NCBI RefSeq assembly: GCF_018350175.1
Contig: NC_058369.1
Location: forward strand, 18,726,001-18,790,000
Source: Felis catus
Taxonomy: Eukaryota
Length of the DNA: 64,000 nt
Direction: 5' to 3'
This document shows positions 40,712 through 54,600 of the stretch, piece by piece. Numbering within the stretch: the stretch's first letter is position 1; the number at the start of each line of letters is the position of its first letter. The translations under genes were made by a program, and so were the position numbers. A model generated the notes under the pieces. That model had not been told where the DNA came from, did no database searches, and saw only the letters and a list, made by a program, of their open reading frames with translations.

Positions 40712-43700
40712 ATGGCATCTAAGGGGTCCAGCATGTCTTTCTCCCGCAAGAGCTATCGGCTGACATCAGATGCTGAGAAATCCAGGGTCACAGGTAAGGG
40801 CTGACGTGTCTGGGAGGAGGCTCCTTGTGTTGAGGGAAGGAGAAGGAAAAGACAAAGGCGGTAAAGTCCCAGGTCTGGTGAGCTCCAAACCTTGCTGCAC
40901 CCCTTGTACCTGTGAGCCAGCTCTTCTCCATCAGCCGCGATGGAGCAGTGCACCCAACATGACTGCTCTTGTGACCCCTGTGGCTAGCCTAGGACCAGGA
41001 GCCTGTAGAGCCAGCCCAGTCTAGGAGCTTACACTGACTGTGTGACCCTTCTCTTCTTCTGCCCTGTGGCACAGGTATTGTGCAGGAGAAACTACTGAAT
41101 GACTACCTGCACCGCATCTTTTCCTCTCCTGAGCATGCGCCCACCGCAGCCACCAGCAGGTATGGCCATGTGGGTAGCCCCTGACTCCAAAGGACCAGCC
41201 CAGAGCCTCTGGGTAGGCTGGCTTGGGTTCTGTTCTCCCTCTACTGCTCCTGGCTGTGAGACCTCTGGCCAGAGAGTCTGCCTTCTGGACTCTGCATCTT
41301 CATCTCCTCTGGCCGTGTTAGTACCTTCTTTCTGAGGGTGTTGTGGAGGTTAGGGAAGTGGTGCCCATTCAGTCCTCAGGAGAGCACCTCACTCCTCCAC
41401 AATCAGCATCTGGTCCCCACATGCACCTGCCTGCACATCTGTCCCACCCCAGTCCTCTGTAGCTGCCACCTGAACCTATAAAGTGCAGACCCTACCAAGC
41501 CCCTTTTCCTTGAAAGTTGAGTACATTATTGTTCCTAAAAAAGTTACAAGTGCACTTGAGCAGAAACTTAGAAGAAGAAAAAACGTCTGTGTGTCTTGTT
41601 CTAACTTGACCATTTGAGCATAATTTTTCTGTTTTTCTTATCTTGTGATGTGTATAGTTTGGATTATGCTGTATAGACTTTTTTTTAAAGTTTTCTGTCA
41701 CCTTCAGTTCTTTTTAAAGTTTTATTGAGAAATAATTGACATATAATGAACTACATGTATTTAAAGGGTAAAATTCAGTAAGTTTTTATCCAGATAACCT
41801 GTTAAACCATTATTGCCATCGAGATAGTGGATCGATCCCACACCTCGAAAAGTGTATAGAAGTTTAGATTCTATCTTTGTCATTAAACATTATCTCCTGA
41901 GTGTTTATTTTCTGTATTACAAATTAATCTTGGTGGGCATCTTTTAGGGCCAGGGGTCTGTTGTAGCCTTTAGCACTGCCCTGGTTTAGAGGGGCTTTTC
42001 TTTTGTAAACAGTGCCGCTGTGAGGATGCCCGGGGTTGGAATCATGGGCTGGAGCATTTGAACTGCAGTCACTTTTAAGACTCTTGCTACATTACTTCTT
42101 CAGAGGGTCACGTGGATTCTGCCTTCCTGCAGTGAGGCATGGGTGTCCCTATCTCTCAGCCCTCCTACCAGCTGGGCTCTCCTGCCTTCCACAATCTCTG
42201 CTCTCTGGGCAGCCACAAAGGGCAGTGCTGTTGCTTCTTCCATTTAAATGTCTGTGGTGGCCATAGAATTCCTACTTATGGAGAGCTACTGCCCACCTCC
42301 ACTCCAGCCCCATTCCTGGCCTGTTTCCAAGGCCATCTGATCCCTACCTCATGTGATATCAGAAATGGTCCTGCTGCCACTGCTTCTGTGGCTGCCAGGA
42401 GGGAGAGCAGGTGGCAGGGCCATCCGTCAGTGCTTGTGTGGATGCAGAGCCCTGGGCTGGGACGTAGGCGATCCAAAAAGGGCAGGCAAGTGCTGGGTTG
42501 GCCAAAGGACAGTGCTGCAGGCACTCGCTGAGGCTGAGCTGCCCCCAGCTGCTCTTGAGAGCGGGCAAACTAGAGCAGGCCTCCCAAGTGGGGGCCGGTA
42601 AGCACTGCCATGACAGAAGCCTTTATCCCTGGGCCTGTTGGGGTGTTTAGAGAGGAGGTTGACTGGAACTTTCCAAGCTACTGGTGGGGCACCCCATTGC
42701 ATGGCTGCCACTTGACCTTGGCTTGGGGGTTAGTAGGAATGGGGAAGAGGATTCACGCCTCTCTACCTCTGGCAGCTGAGTAGTAGCTCACAACTGGGGA
42801 ACATGTGGTTCCTGAGCCAGTTGAAGCTACTTTGCCAGAGAGTTGGTGCTTTGGCCCATCTATGTCCCTTCCAGAGCCTACCCTCTGGACCATTGAAAGG
42901 AGAAAGTGCTGGGATCAGAGGTGGCAGAGAGGTGCCAGCAATCTGTGGGCTGCGTCCAGATGGGCACTGGTCTCTGTTCTACTCGAGCCCTGCTAATTAC
43001 TGCCACCCCATTCCCTGCTATTCTTAGCAGCTGTACTCAGGACAGGGCTGGCCAGCATCAGACAGAGGCCTTTCTCCTCTGAGCATGTGTGCTGGGTATG
43101 TAAGGGGGCCACTCAGATTTCCCCAGCCCCTCTGGCTGGGGCTGATGGCAGACAGGCAGGCCAGGTGCTCTAGTTCCTATACAGGTGGGTACAGGACAGA
43201 GCCAGCTAGCAACTCAGAGGGCTCAGCCCTTCATCCTCCCAAGACATGTCTCGTTCAATATAAACTTCCCTGGCTGGGACCACAGGCCTGGGATCAAGGG
43301 CTGGCCTAGCTATCATTGGTATAGGCTGCCTTGGGGATTGGTACTTCTCCCAGCCTTCCTCTCCCAGGCAAAGCAACAGATCCTTCTTTAGGGGTGGGTA
43401 GGTTATGGGCCATGCAGGGAGCACACATTATGCCTTGGAATCTTCATAGCATCTCTGACATACAGCTGTGTTCCCTTTTTACAGATGAGGGAATTAAGGT
43501 TGAGGGAGGGCTCTTTTTTTTTTTTTTTTTAAAGTCCTGAGGTACACCACATTGGACTAGTACTTTTTAGTTTAGTGGGTAGTCCAGCCTTCTGACCCCC
43601 CCTCCCCCCCCCCCCCCCAGCATTCAAGAATATAGGACTAGGCACAAGCCTTTTTCTGGAATCTAGGCAGCCACTGTCCGAAGCTCAGAGGAAAGGGAGT

Positions 43701-46700
43701 AGGAGAAGGGTTTAGTGTCATCTGACTGGTTTCAAGGACTTTTGGGCCCCTCGCAGCCTCTTGCTCTCCCCAGGAAACCCCTGAACTTCCAGAACCTGCC
43801 AGAGCATCTGGACCAGCTGTTACATGTAGACAATGAGGATGAGGAGAGCCAGGGTATGTGGCAGCTTCTGGAATGGGATTGGGGGAGCCAGGCTGGGCCC
43901 TGGAGGCCCTGGGGGCTGCCCTGGGGAACACAGTATCCTCTATGCATTCTGTCAGACCCTGTGCCCTGCCTGACCCCACACCTACCTCTCCCTTTCAGGA
44001 CAGGTTGAAGGGCGGCTTGGCCCATCCACTGTGGTCCTGGACCACACAGGTGGCTTCGAGGGGCTTCTTCTGGTGGATGATGACCTCCTAGGGGTGAGTG
44101 AGGGCAAGGCGGGGCCCCAGGTCCAAGCCCCTCCTGACAGCCCCAAGCTGCTCCTGATGTGGCCTTGGTCTCTCTATCCTTTTTTATGGGGCTGCAGCCA
44201 CAAACCCCTCCTGATGTGCTCATTGAGTCCTCAGCCCCCAAACCCTCCTGATACAACCCTAAAACCTACTCGGTGCAACTCCAGCCCCAAGCTGTTCCCA
44301 TCACAGCCATGAACCCCTCCTCTCATGCTGCCACCCCTCCCACCCTGTTCAGGCTCAGTGCGGTATTGGCTGGAACAGGCAGGCACCACCAATACAACCC
44401 GAGTTGAGGATGGGGCCATTCCTCTTTGGGGAGGCACTCTGTGTGCCCGAGAGGAGGCTCACCATCTCTACTCTTCACCCAGGTGATTGGACACAGCAAC
44501 TTTGGTACTATCCGCTCAACCACGTGTGTGTATAAAGGTGAGACCATGCTCTGGCCACCATGCTGTGGCCCAGGTTGTTGGGAGGGGATCTGTGGGCCCA
44601 GGTCTGAGGCAGGAGGCAGTCTTTTTCTATCTGCTAGGCCTGACTTGGTTTATTCCAGGGAAATGGGTCTACGAGGTGCTCATCTCCTCTCAGGGACTCA
44701 TGCAGATTGGCTGGTGCACTATCAACTGCCGCTTTAATCAGGAGGTACGTGTGAGAGAGGCCCCCTCCTAGGGAGACATGCTGCTGCAGGCCTCATCAGG
44801 GCTCGGGCAACCCACCAGACCACATGAGGTCTGCTTGGAACTGTAACCCGACTGCCCTCTGGAGGAGGAATGCGTCCCACCCCGCCCTAGGACAACAGCA
44901 ACCCAGGCCAGGAAATCACTCCTTCCCTCAGAGCATCAACCCTTTTCTCTAGAACTCTGTGGGTGCAAGGTTGACGGCTGGTGGGCTCTGGACCTCACAG
45001 ACCCTTCTTCCCTAGGAGGGGGTTGGAGATACACACAACTCCTATGCTTATGATGGCAACCGGGTACGCAAGTGGAATGTGACCACAACGAATTATGGCA
45101 AGGTGAGGGCCAAGACCCCTGGAACCCGCTTGCCCCATGTTCATCCTCACAGCTTGGGTGGGAGCCACCAAATAGCCACGAGAGACTGTAGGGCAAAGGG
45201 AGAGGGCAGAGATTCAGGTGCTCTGTACTTATGGCCACCTACCCTGAGGGGTAGTGGAGACCCAGCCAGGGGGCAGAGCGGGCAAGCTGCTGGGCTTCTG
45301 TATGTCTGTAAGGCCTCCTCCCCTGGCAGGCATGGGCAGCGGGAGACATCGTGAGCTGCCTGATCGACCTGGACGATGGCACTCTGTCCTTCTGCCTGTG
45401 AGTCTCCTGCCTCTTCCCACAGGCCTGGCCTCTGGGACCTCCCTGAGCTGCCCTCAGCTTCCCAGTCCCTTTGAGGGGGCCAGGCCCACTTTAATAGCCT
45501 GAGGGTGGACAGCCGCAACAGAGCCTTACTTACTGGCCTGTTTCGGCTACATCCTTCTTAGCACGGGCTCACAGGCCTTCCCTTCTGCTCCAGGAATGGC
45601 GTGTCACTGGGCACCGCTTTTGAGAACTTGTCCAGGGGCCTGGGCATGGCCTACTTCCCAGCCATCAGCCTTTCCTTTAAGGAGTCTGTGGCCTTCAACT
45701 TTGGCAGCCGTCCCTTGCGATATCCTTTTGGGAAGAAGTCTGTGGACTGCCTGGAAGCTCTTGAGGAAGCAGGGATGAGGGGCTCCCTGCCCTGGGAGTT
45801 CTATGGGCTGGTGGTGGGCCATGGTTGCCGAGGGGAGAGGGGCGAGTACAGCTTAGGTGGGTGCCGGGAGGCACAATTCCTATGGCAACCTTATTAGGTG
45901 GGTACCGTGCTGTGTGGAATAGATAAGAATGTGAAGCGGCAGAAGTTGCACCCCACAGAGACAGAGAGCTGTGCCGCAGACCAGGCCTTGTGACTCCACA
46001 GCCCTGCCCTGGAGCCTAGGCCCCTCCTTGGGGATCTCAGTGGAGAGGGATGGGTGCATCTGAGCCACAGACCAGGTATTGCTGGCTTAACTCTGTGCCA
46101 CCTACCCAGTGGCAGGTTACCGGCCCCTGCAGGACCCACCCCGTGCTGACCTGGTGCGGGCGCAGAAGTTGCTGGGCTGCTTCCGGGCAGTGCTCAGCGT
46201 GGAGCTGGACCCTGTGGTGAGCCAGGGACTGGGCCGGGTGAGCTGAGGGCCTTCTGCAGCCTTTGACCCCCACTGTCCTTTCTTCCCCACATAGGAAGGC
46301 CGGCTGGTGGAGAAGGACAGCTCCGAGTGGCAGTTGCAGGGCCAGCCCACCGTCCTCCTCACGCTGGCCCACATCTTCCATCGCTTCGCACCGCTCCTGG
46401 TGAGGGGATGTTTGAGAGGGGAAGAAGTGGGCTGTGGCACAAGTGCCGGTGCTAGGGGCTGGGAAGCTGAGGCGCATGAGGCTCAGCACCGTCACCTGGC
46501 AGGGGTCCCATGTGACCAGAGCCCTTAGACCTCAAGGATGTCACTCAGGGAAGGAGGAGATGCTTCCAGCTGAGGATATCAGGGGATGTCCTAGAGAAAA
46601 GATTGAGGGGTAATGACATCACTGGCTAAGGGAACTGCATGTGTGAAATGCCAGAGGAGCCCTGGGGCGGCGGCCCTTCTTGTGTCTGAGACCCTGGAAG

Positions 46701-48581
46701 GGCTCATCTGTGTCTTGGGGTTGCTTGAGGGAACCCAAGACTATACCTGTGGCCTTGGCCCCATGCCAGGGCAGGGGCAGAAGGCCACCACCTCACCAGT
46801 GCCCGCCCTTGGTGCAGCGCAAGGTATACCTGGTAGAGGCTGTGCTCATGAGCTTCCTGCGGGGCGTCGTGGAGGCAGGCACCCCTGCACAGGCCCAGTC
46901 CATGGTGCGTCAGATCCTCGACCTCCTGTGGCTCTTCATGGAGGTGAGGTTTCGGACTTCAGGCCTCAGGCCAGGATGTCAGGCTCCACCGAGATAGGGG
47001 AGGTACAGGGAGGGTTTGGGAAAGGACCCACAGACGGCTGTCCTGGCACCTGCCCTCTGCCAGCTAGGTGTGCAGCCCGGCATCTCTCCCCCAGGACTAC
47101 GAGGTACAGGATTGCCTCAAGCAATTGATGATGTCCCTGCTGCGGCTTTACCGGTTCTCACCCATCGTCCCAGACCTGAGCCTACAGGTGGGAGCTCCTG
47201 CCCCTGCCCCTGGGCCCCCTGGGCCCTAGCCGCCCTCTCTGAGCACCCCATCCCCACAGATCCACTACCTGCGGCTCACCATCGCCATCCTGAGGCATGA
47301 GAAGTCCCGCAAGTTTCTGCTTAGCAATGTCCTGTATCCTTTCCTTGCTGCCAGACAGGCCAGACATGTGGTGTCCTCTGGGGTCATTAGGGGCCAAGGA
47401 GGGCAGTGTGCCTCTGGCCAGGGGTCCCTAGGGAGGCTCAGAGGCCCAGAGCCGTGCAGTATGTGAGTCCTTGTTCCAGGACCCAGCCTTCCCAGCACTC
47501 TCTCTACAGAGCAGAGAGGGTAAAGCAAAGGACCCCGGCCAGCTGGCCAGCCTGAGCAGGGATTTCCAGACGGCTGCCGACTCTTGGGCTACGTGGAGGT
47601 GTGGAGACGCCACCAGGGCCTGACTGCTGTAGCCAAAGCAGCACCGAACTTTTATCTGAGTCCCACGGCAGGGGTTCCCATGAGATCTTCTTTTGGGACT
47701 TGGCTCTTCCTGCTTCCCAACACTGTTGAGGACTGTGCTGCAGGAGGGAGGGTGCTGGTGGGGAAGACTGTGCTGGTAGCTGTCTTTGTGTGGGGTCTTC
47801 AGCCTCCAAGAGTTAGAAACAGCTGGGAGACGGAGAGGCCGCCAGGCCCTCTCTCAGCCTGTTCCCCCCACCACCCTCATGTGTTCCTGTGACAAACCTT
47901 TTTAGTACATTTGCTGGGAATCAGGCTTTAGTGGACTTGATGGCCACAGCTATTTTTCAGGGCTCATGGCCGAGGGAGACCGGCTTATAGTAGCAATGGT
48001 ACCTCTAAGGGTAGGAGAATATGGTGGGCATATGGGGAGACAGGTGAGTTCGGAAGAGCTTCCCAGGGAGAACTCGTGAGGGTGTAGGGTACACCCCTTG
48101 GTGAGTGGAGCTCTGCCTTGACAACCACCAGCTTCGACGTGCTCCGGTCTGTTGTCTTCTTTTACATCAAGAGCCCTCTGCGAGTGGAGGAGGCTGGCCT
48201 ACAGGAGCTCATTCCCACTACCTGGTGGCCCCACCGCTCCAGCAGGGAGGTGGGCCGACTGAGATGGGCAGGCAGGGTCACAGGGAGGGCTCACCCAGGG
48301 TATCTGAGCCACCTGGCCTTGAGCATGTGAGGCCCCTTCCCCAGCCTGGTCTCTGGCGTGGGAGTAGGGGTTTCCTGTCTGAAGCAGGCCTGGTTAAGTC
48401 CTGAGTGAGCTCTGCTGTCTTCCATCCCCTGCTCCTGCCCAGGGCAAAGACAGTAAGGATGTAAAGGATGAGACCGCTGAGGAGCACAGACGGAGGCGTG
48501 CCTACGAACGTGGCTGCCAAAGGCTCAAGAAGCGCATCGAAGGTAGCCCCCTGCCCAGGGCACTGAGTAGGGGGAGGACGA

Positions 48582-48638
<57 letters not shown>

Positions 48639-51600
48639 CAGGGGCTCTTGGTAGTGACCATGTCTAGATTCAGCTTGTGGAACCCTGAGAGTGGAGCCCT
48701 GATCCAAACCTGCCGCCCCTTCCCATCCCTGGGAGCCTGAGAGCAAGGCTCTGCCTGAGGAGAGCTCAGTGTTGTGTTCCCTACCCCACCTCCAGTGGTG
48801 GAAGAACTACAGGTCCAGATCCTGAAGCTGCTGCTGAACAATAAAGATGATAATGGGGTAAGTGACTCCCAGACCCCCGCGTGGGTCCCTGGTAGGGATG
48901 GGTGCTGGTACTGGGGCCCTGAGACCCACAGGGCAGGGACTGGCTCGGGTTCCCATAGCAGGGCCCAGGCTAAGGCACAGCACCGAGCCAGTCCACTCCA
49001 GGGCCAGCTCCTCACAACCTCATTTTTCCTTCCCTCAAAGGGGGAAGCTTCTAGGTACATCTTCCTGACGAAGTTCCGAAAGTTTCTACAGGAGAATGCC
49101 AGTGGCCGGGGGGTAAGTGTCCACTCGGCCAGCCCACCATGGACACTTGGCTGTGTTGCAGGGTCTGCACCCCAGGCTTCCGGCATCTCTCAGCCTGCTG
49201 CATCCCTGCCTAATCTTGCTCTTCCTCTGCTGCCCCGCCCTCTGTGCTCACCCCAGGGTCCTGGGGCAGGCCTTGGATGAGGAGTGAGCAGGCTCTAGGC
49301 TGGCACAAATGCATGTCCTGTGCCCTGCAGAATATGCCCATGCTGTGTCCCCCTGAGTACATGGTCTGCTTCTTGCACCGGCTGATATCTGCCCTGCGCT
49401 ACTACTGGGATGAATACAAGGCTTCGAACCCTCGTGCCTCCTTCAGTGAGGGTGAGTGGGGCCAGGCCTCATCAGAGAGGCTGGGCAGCGCTGTCCCGGT
49501 GATAGTGTAGAGTGTGGAGCTGGCGGCAGGGTGGGGGTGGAGCTGTCCCAGGCTTCCTAACAAGTTGAGTACTCTCCTGATGGGTGGCTTTCCCACAGGG
49601 CAGCAGGAACTCCACTCTGTAGGAGTGCCAAACCCACATTCACTCTGTCCCCACAAGTTCCTGCCCACTACGGCCTCCTCTTCTCGGTCCCAGTCCGTCC
49701 AACCCTCTGCAGTCCTTTGTAGGGGACACCAGGGACAGGCCCTGAGGTGTTGGGGGCTGTGTTTGTGTGGGACAGGGTCCTCAGGGCCAGTGGGAGCCGT
49801 GCCTGCCCTGGATTGGGGATGTCCATGGGGCTGGGTCAGGGCCCTCTCTGAATGTGACTGCAGACAGAGTGCTCCCTTCATCCCAACTCGTGCAGTCACT
49901 GACACTGACCCCAAATGGTCGGGGGTGGGGTGGGGGGGAAGCCATGCTGTGTGCCTGAGCAGGGCAGGTAGGTGGCCAAAGGCAGGGGTCTCCTCTGGGC
50001 TAAGCAGCGTAGAGGGGTGGCTTCTCAGTGTGTCTTCCTATCTGGCTCACTGCTGGCCCGGCCTCCCAACCCCTCCTTGCAGAGGCCTACATACCGCCTC
50101 AGGTCTTCTATAATGGCAAGGTGGACTACTTTGACCTGCAGCGCCTGGGAGGCCTCCTCTCACACCTTCGGAAGACCCTCAAAGGTACGTGTAGGCTTGT
50201 GGGCAGTGGGCAGGGCCGGACCGGGCGAGTGTGGGCCGTACAATCCTCAGCCAGCTCTGCACTGGGTGCAGGGTTACCCTCTGCCCGCCAGAGGGCGCCC
50301 GAGTATCTCGACCTGCTCCTCCAGGGAGATGCCCTCTGCCTCAGGTCTTGGGTCCAGCCATCCCTTTCCTTGAGCTCCCTTCCCTTGAGCACCCGCCCCA
50401 CGGGAAGCCTAGGGGTCCTATAAGGAACTAGGGAGCATATGTGGAGTGACCACGGGATCTTGGTGAGGTCACAGGGGTGAGAGGCGAGCAGGCACAAGTG
50501 CTGCCTGAGTGGCTTTCAAGGATGAGCACACGTGGCCACCGCACAGGGCACTACAAGCACAGCGCACGCAAAGGCAGGGATGCTCACAACAGCCTGGTAG
50601 GGCCTGGAGACGGAAGGCTGCTGGGGTGCTGGTGAGGAAACCACCAGGTGGGGAGTGGTGGGAAATAAGGCCAGAGTCGCACGCGTAGAGTCTGAGGGCC
50701 TTGTGGGGCACGAAGTAGGTGTGGGCTCATTCCAGGGATAGGGGCAGCTTTGGAAGGTCCTGAGGCAGGGGAGTGAGGTCAGGGATCTGCGTGTGATAAT
50801 GGAGTCAGTACGTGGGCCAAGAGAGGAGATAGAGGGAGGGCAGGAGTGAAGGGGAGGAGTCAAAGATGACCCCAGGCTTCCTGCCCGAGGCTGTGGGGAT
50901 GGGGCACCGTCAGGAAGGGGGCTGTAGGAGGAGGCTGAGGTGGCAAGTCCGCTATGTTTGAGGACCACAGCCTGGGCTGGAGGCAGAGGTGTTGCTGTTC
51001 CACCTCTCACTGACAGCTGAGGGGATGAGCCTACGGTGAGCCCTGTGTGCAAAGTGAGACAAGTAGTGGCCTAGACAGCCCTGGATCTTGTGTTTGTAGG
51101 TTAGAAAGTGCTGGGGAGAGAAGTAGGGGACCCTGGAGAGCGTGCAGTCACTGGAAACAGAGGGACCGACAGGAGTGTGATGGGGAACACCTCCTGCTGT
51201 TAAGGTCCCTGAGACAAAAGGCCTTGGGGCGCAGTGAAGGCTGGCGTGGAATAAGTGGAGTGCGTAGGCAAAGGTGCAGTGGTAAATGTGGGGCCCTGCA
51301 AAGCCCCCCGCTCAGCCAGTGGTGCTCTCTCGCCATTGTGGGCGGTTCCGTGTGACCCCTGAGCCCCCCACTGGCCTGAGAACCCTCCTGCCATTCCCTG
51401 CAGATGACCTTGCCTCCAAGGCCAACATCCTGATCGACCCACTGGAGCTCCAGGCAGCCACCATGGATGACCTGGACGAGGACGAGGAGCCAGCCCCAGC
51501 TGCGGCCCAGGTGCCGCGGTAGGGGCAGGCAGGGGGCTTGGTATTGGGCTGTCCCTCTATCATAAGGGCAGGGGTGTCACACGGGGTCACCTCCTTCTCC

Positions 51601-54600
51601 AGGCAGCAAGGAGCTTCTCACCAGGCAGGTTTCCTTGCTGTAGGTGGAGGCGCGAACCTTCCTGCCATTTCCCAACCCCACAAATCAAGGGAGTCCTACA
51701 TGGGCCCCGGTCCTGGGGAGCTGAGTGGCGTCTGGCCTCCTCTCTCCTACACAGCGCCCCATGCAGGCTCTGGCCATGGGGGGCGTACTGCCCCTGCCCC
51801 GGCCCAGCTGGCTCAGTTCTCCAACCCTGGGCCGAGCTAACCGCTTCCTCAGCACAGCGGCTGTGAGCCTGATGACCCCACGGCGGCCTCTGACCACCTC
51901 GGAGAAAGTGAAGGTCCGCACGCTGAGCGCAGAACAGAGGACTCGTGAGGACAGTAGGTGCCAGGCAGGGCCAAGCACATCCATAGTTCCCCACCCTGGG
52001 CAAAGCCAAGCTACACCCCCATTCCTTCCCAGTCCTGTGGCCTGGCAATATCTCAAGGGCATGGGAAGTGCACTCTAAGGGCAGGAAATCGATGCTACAG
52101 AAATAGTCCTGGAGCTGCAGGCCCTTGCCCTACCCCTGCCCCCATGTTCTCCCCTGCAAGTCCCTCCTTGGGCCCAGGCAGGGAGAAAGGGCTCCCTTCT
52201 CCTACTGTGAGGCCCGTCCTGGCACCACAAGCTTGGGAGAGAGCTGGAATGGCCTACGGCCCTGACCCTCCCCTTCCCCCACTCCGTAGTTGAGGGCAGT
52301 CACTGGAATGAGGGCCTGCTGCTGGGGCGGCCCCCGGAGGAGCCTGAGCAGCCCCTCACGGAGAACTCCCTGCTGGAAGTCCTGGATGGCGCCGTCATGA
52401 TGTATAATCTCAGCGTTCACCAGCAGCTGGGCAAGGTCTCCCACTGGTGGCCGATGAGCATGTCCTGTGGTCCCACACGTTCAGATGCTTGTGTGTGTGT
52501 GTTGGGGGGGAGGGGCGGATATCTACTCATGACTGCATGTGAATGTGTGCCACAGCAAGACTGATTGCTGCCAGTGATGTGTGGGCCTGACCTGGTTTTG
52601 TGGGAGGGGGTTGTCTGGGACCGAAGGTTGGGAGCTTGGCAGGGCTGGGAGCCAGGCTGGGTCTGGAGAAACCTGAGTGACATGCCTGAGGAGTCACGCT
52701 GGACCTGTGGTGTCCGATGCTCTAGATGGTGGGTGTGTCTGATGATGTCAATGAGTATGCAGTGGCTCTGAGGGACACAGAGGACAAGCTCCGGCGGTGC
52801 CCCAAGCGGGTAAGAACTAGATGGGCAGGGGGGTTTTCGAGAGGGAGGCCTGTTGCAGAGAGGAGGCTTGCCAGCTCAGGCTTCCCAGGGCAGGCCACAG
52901 AGGGACTGTCCTGCCGCTGCTTCTGGGGGCTACACCGGTAGTTTTCCTGTCCCCACCCACCTGACTATGCCACGTCAGTGAGAGCAGGGCTGGCATTAGG
53001 GCAGGGCAGGGCTTGAGCCCCATCACTAGCTGCAGCCCGCGCCAAGGTGCCCCTGCCCCCTGCCCGCTAAGTGCTGACGCACACCCACTCTCCTCATCAA
53101 TTATGAATTCGACCCTGAGTGCTTCCTCGGCCACTTGCAGAGTCAGCAGGAAGCAGGACCTGACTCTCACACTTTCCTGCAGCCCTTCTGCTGTAGCTCT
53201 CCTGGCCTGGGGAGTAGGGCGTCCTGTGCCTGGGCTGGACTTCCCCAGCAGGGCCCTTTCCCTGCTGTCTGCAGAGCCCAGGCTTGCCTTTGCAGCCAAG
53301 CGAGAGCAGCTACCGGGGCCATGGTCCCAGCCCAGCTAGGGGACATGGCCAGGGGCTCATGGAACCCCAGCTGTGTCTCATTTCCACGCTCTGCACAAAC
53401 GACCAAGACCCTTCTCTGAGGCCTGCTCGGGCTTGCCAGTGGGTCCTAGGCAGAAGAGGGTTTTGAAGAGTAGAGCTGAGTCTGCCCAACCTTTTGCCTG
53501 CTCCAGCCACCAGTGGGGTTCCTACCAGGCTGCCTGGGGCAAGCAGGGTGGGTGTGGGTATGGTGCCATGGCCTGATTGTCTTTCCCCTTGGGTGGCAGA
53601 GAAAGGACATCCTTGCAGAGTTGACCAAGAGTCAGAAGGTTTTCTCAGAAAAGCTGGACCACCTGAGTCGCCGTCTTGCCTGGGTCCATGCCACTGTCTA
53701 CTCCCAGGTGAGTAGGTGTGGGCTTGGCCAGTGACTGTTGCCCTCCCCGAGCTCACTGACTATAGTCACAGATGGCCAGGCTGTGCCGGCCTCTCAACGC
53801 TCCCTGCCCTCCTGGGCCTCTGCCATGCACGTGCCCCCTCTCCGCTCCCTATCCTCCCTACCTCCACCACATGCTATGCCCCCTGAACCTCTCCTGCCCT
53901 GTGAGCTTGATTAGATGTCATTGTAGGCATCCCAGGTCCCCTCCAGCTCACAATTCCTCCCTTGCAGGAACAGGGCCTGTCTGTGCCTGTCTCCCCTTCT
54001 TCGCTTCCCCTTCCTTCTCTCCCGGGGTGGAGGTGTCCTCTTAGGAGCCCCAGTCTCCCTCACTCTGCACATGCTTCTCTCTGACTCCCTTTCTTCCTTT
54101 GAAGCCACAGCCTGGTTTTCTGTTTTGTCATTCACTCATTCGTTGATTCAGTAACATGTGCTCGGAGCCTGGAGTATGCCAGGTACATCTTGATGCTAGG
54201 GACACTCAGTCCTGACGCATGTCTGAGCCACGTCTGCCCTCCCAAGGCTGTCAGCCTTGAGCAGTAAACTGAAAGATGGTGCACTCTCTCTGTGACCATG
54301 CTTTGACCCTCAGGTCCCGAGCCCTCCAGACTTGCTTCCACTCCCTGCCTGTCCTAGCATCTCTCCCCAGCTAGTGAGCGCCCATGTCAGGACATCCGTC
54401 TACCTTCTTAGACATGCCCTTCCCTCATAACTGGGTGATCAAGGCCCTTGGTGTCCCTACCTCTACCCGCCATCCCCACTTGCTTTTTCTCAGGCTCCTC
54501 CCGAGCCCAGACCGCTTCCACCTGTTACTCCTCCTTTCTCTCTTGCTGCAGACCACCTTGCCTCCAGCCCCATGCAGGAGGCTCCTCTCCTCCCTTGACT

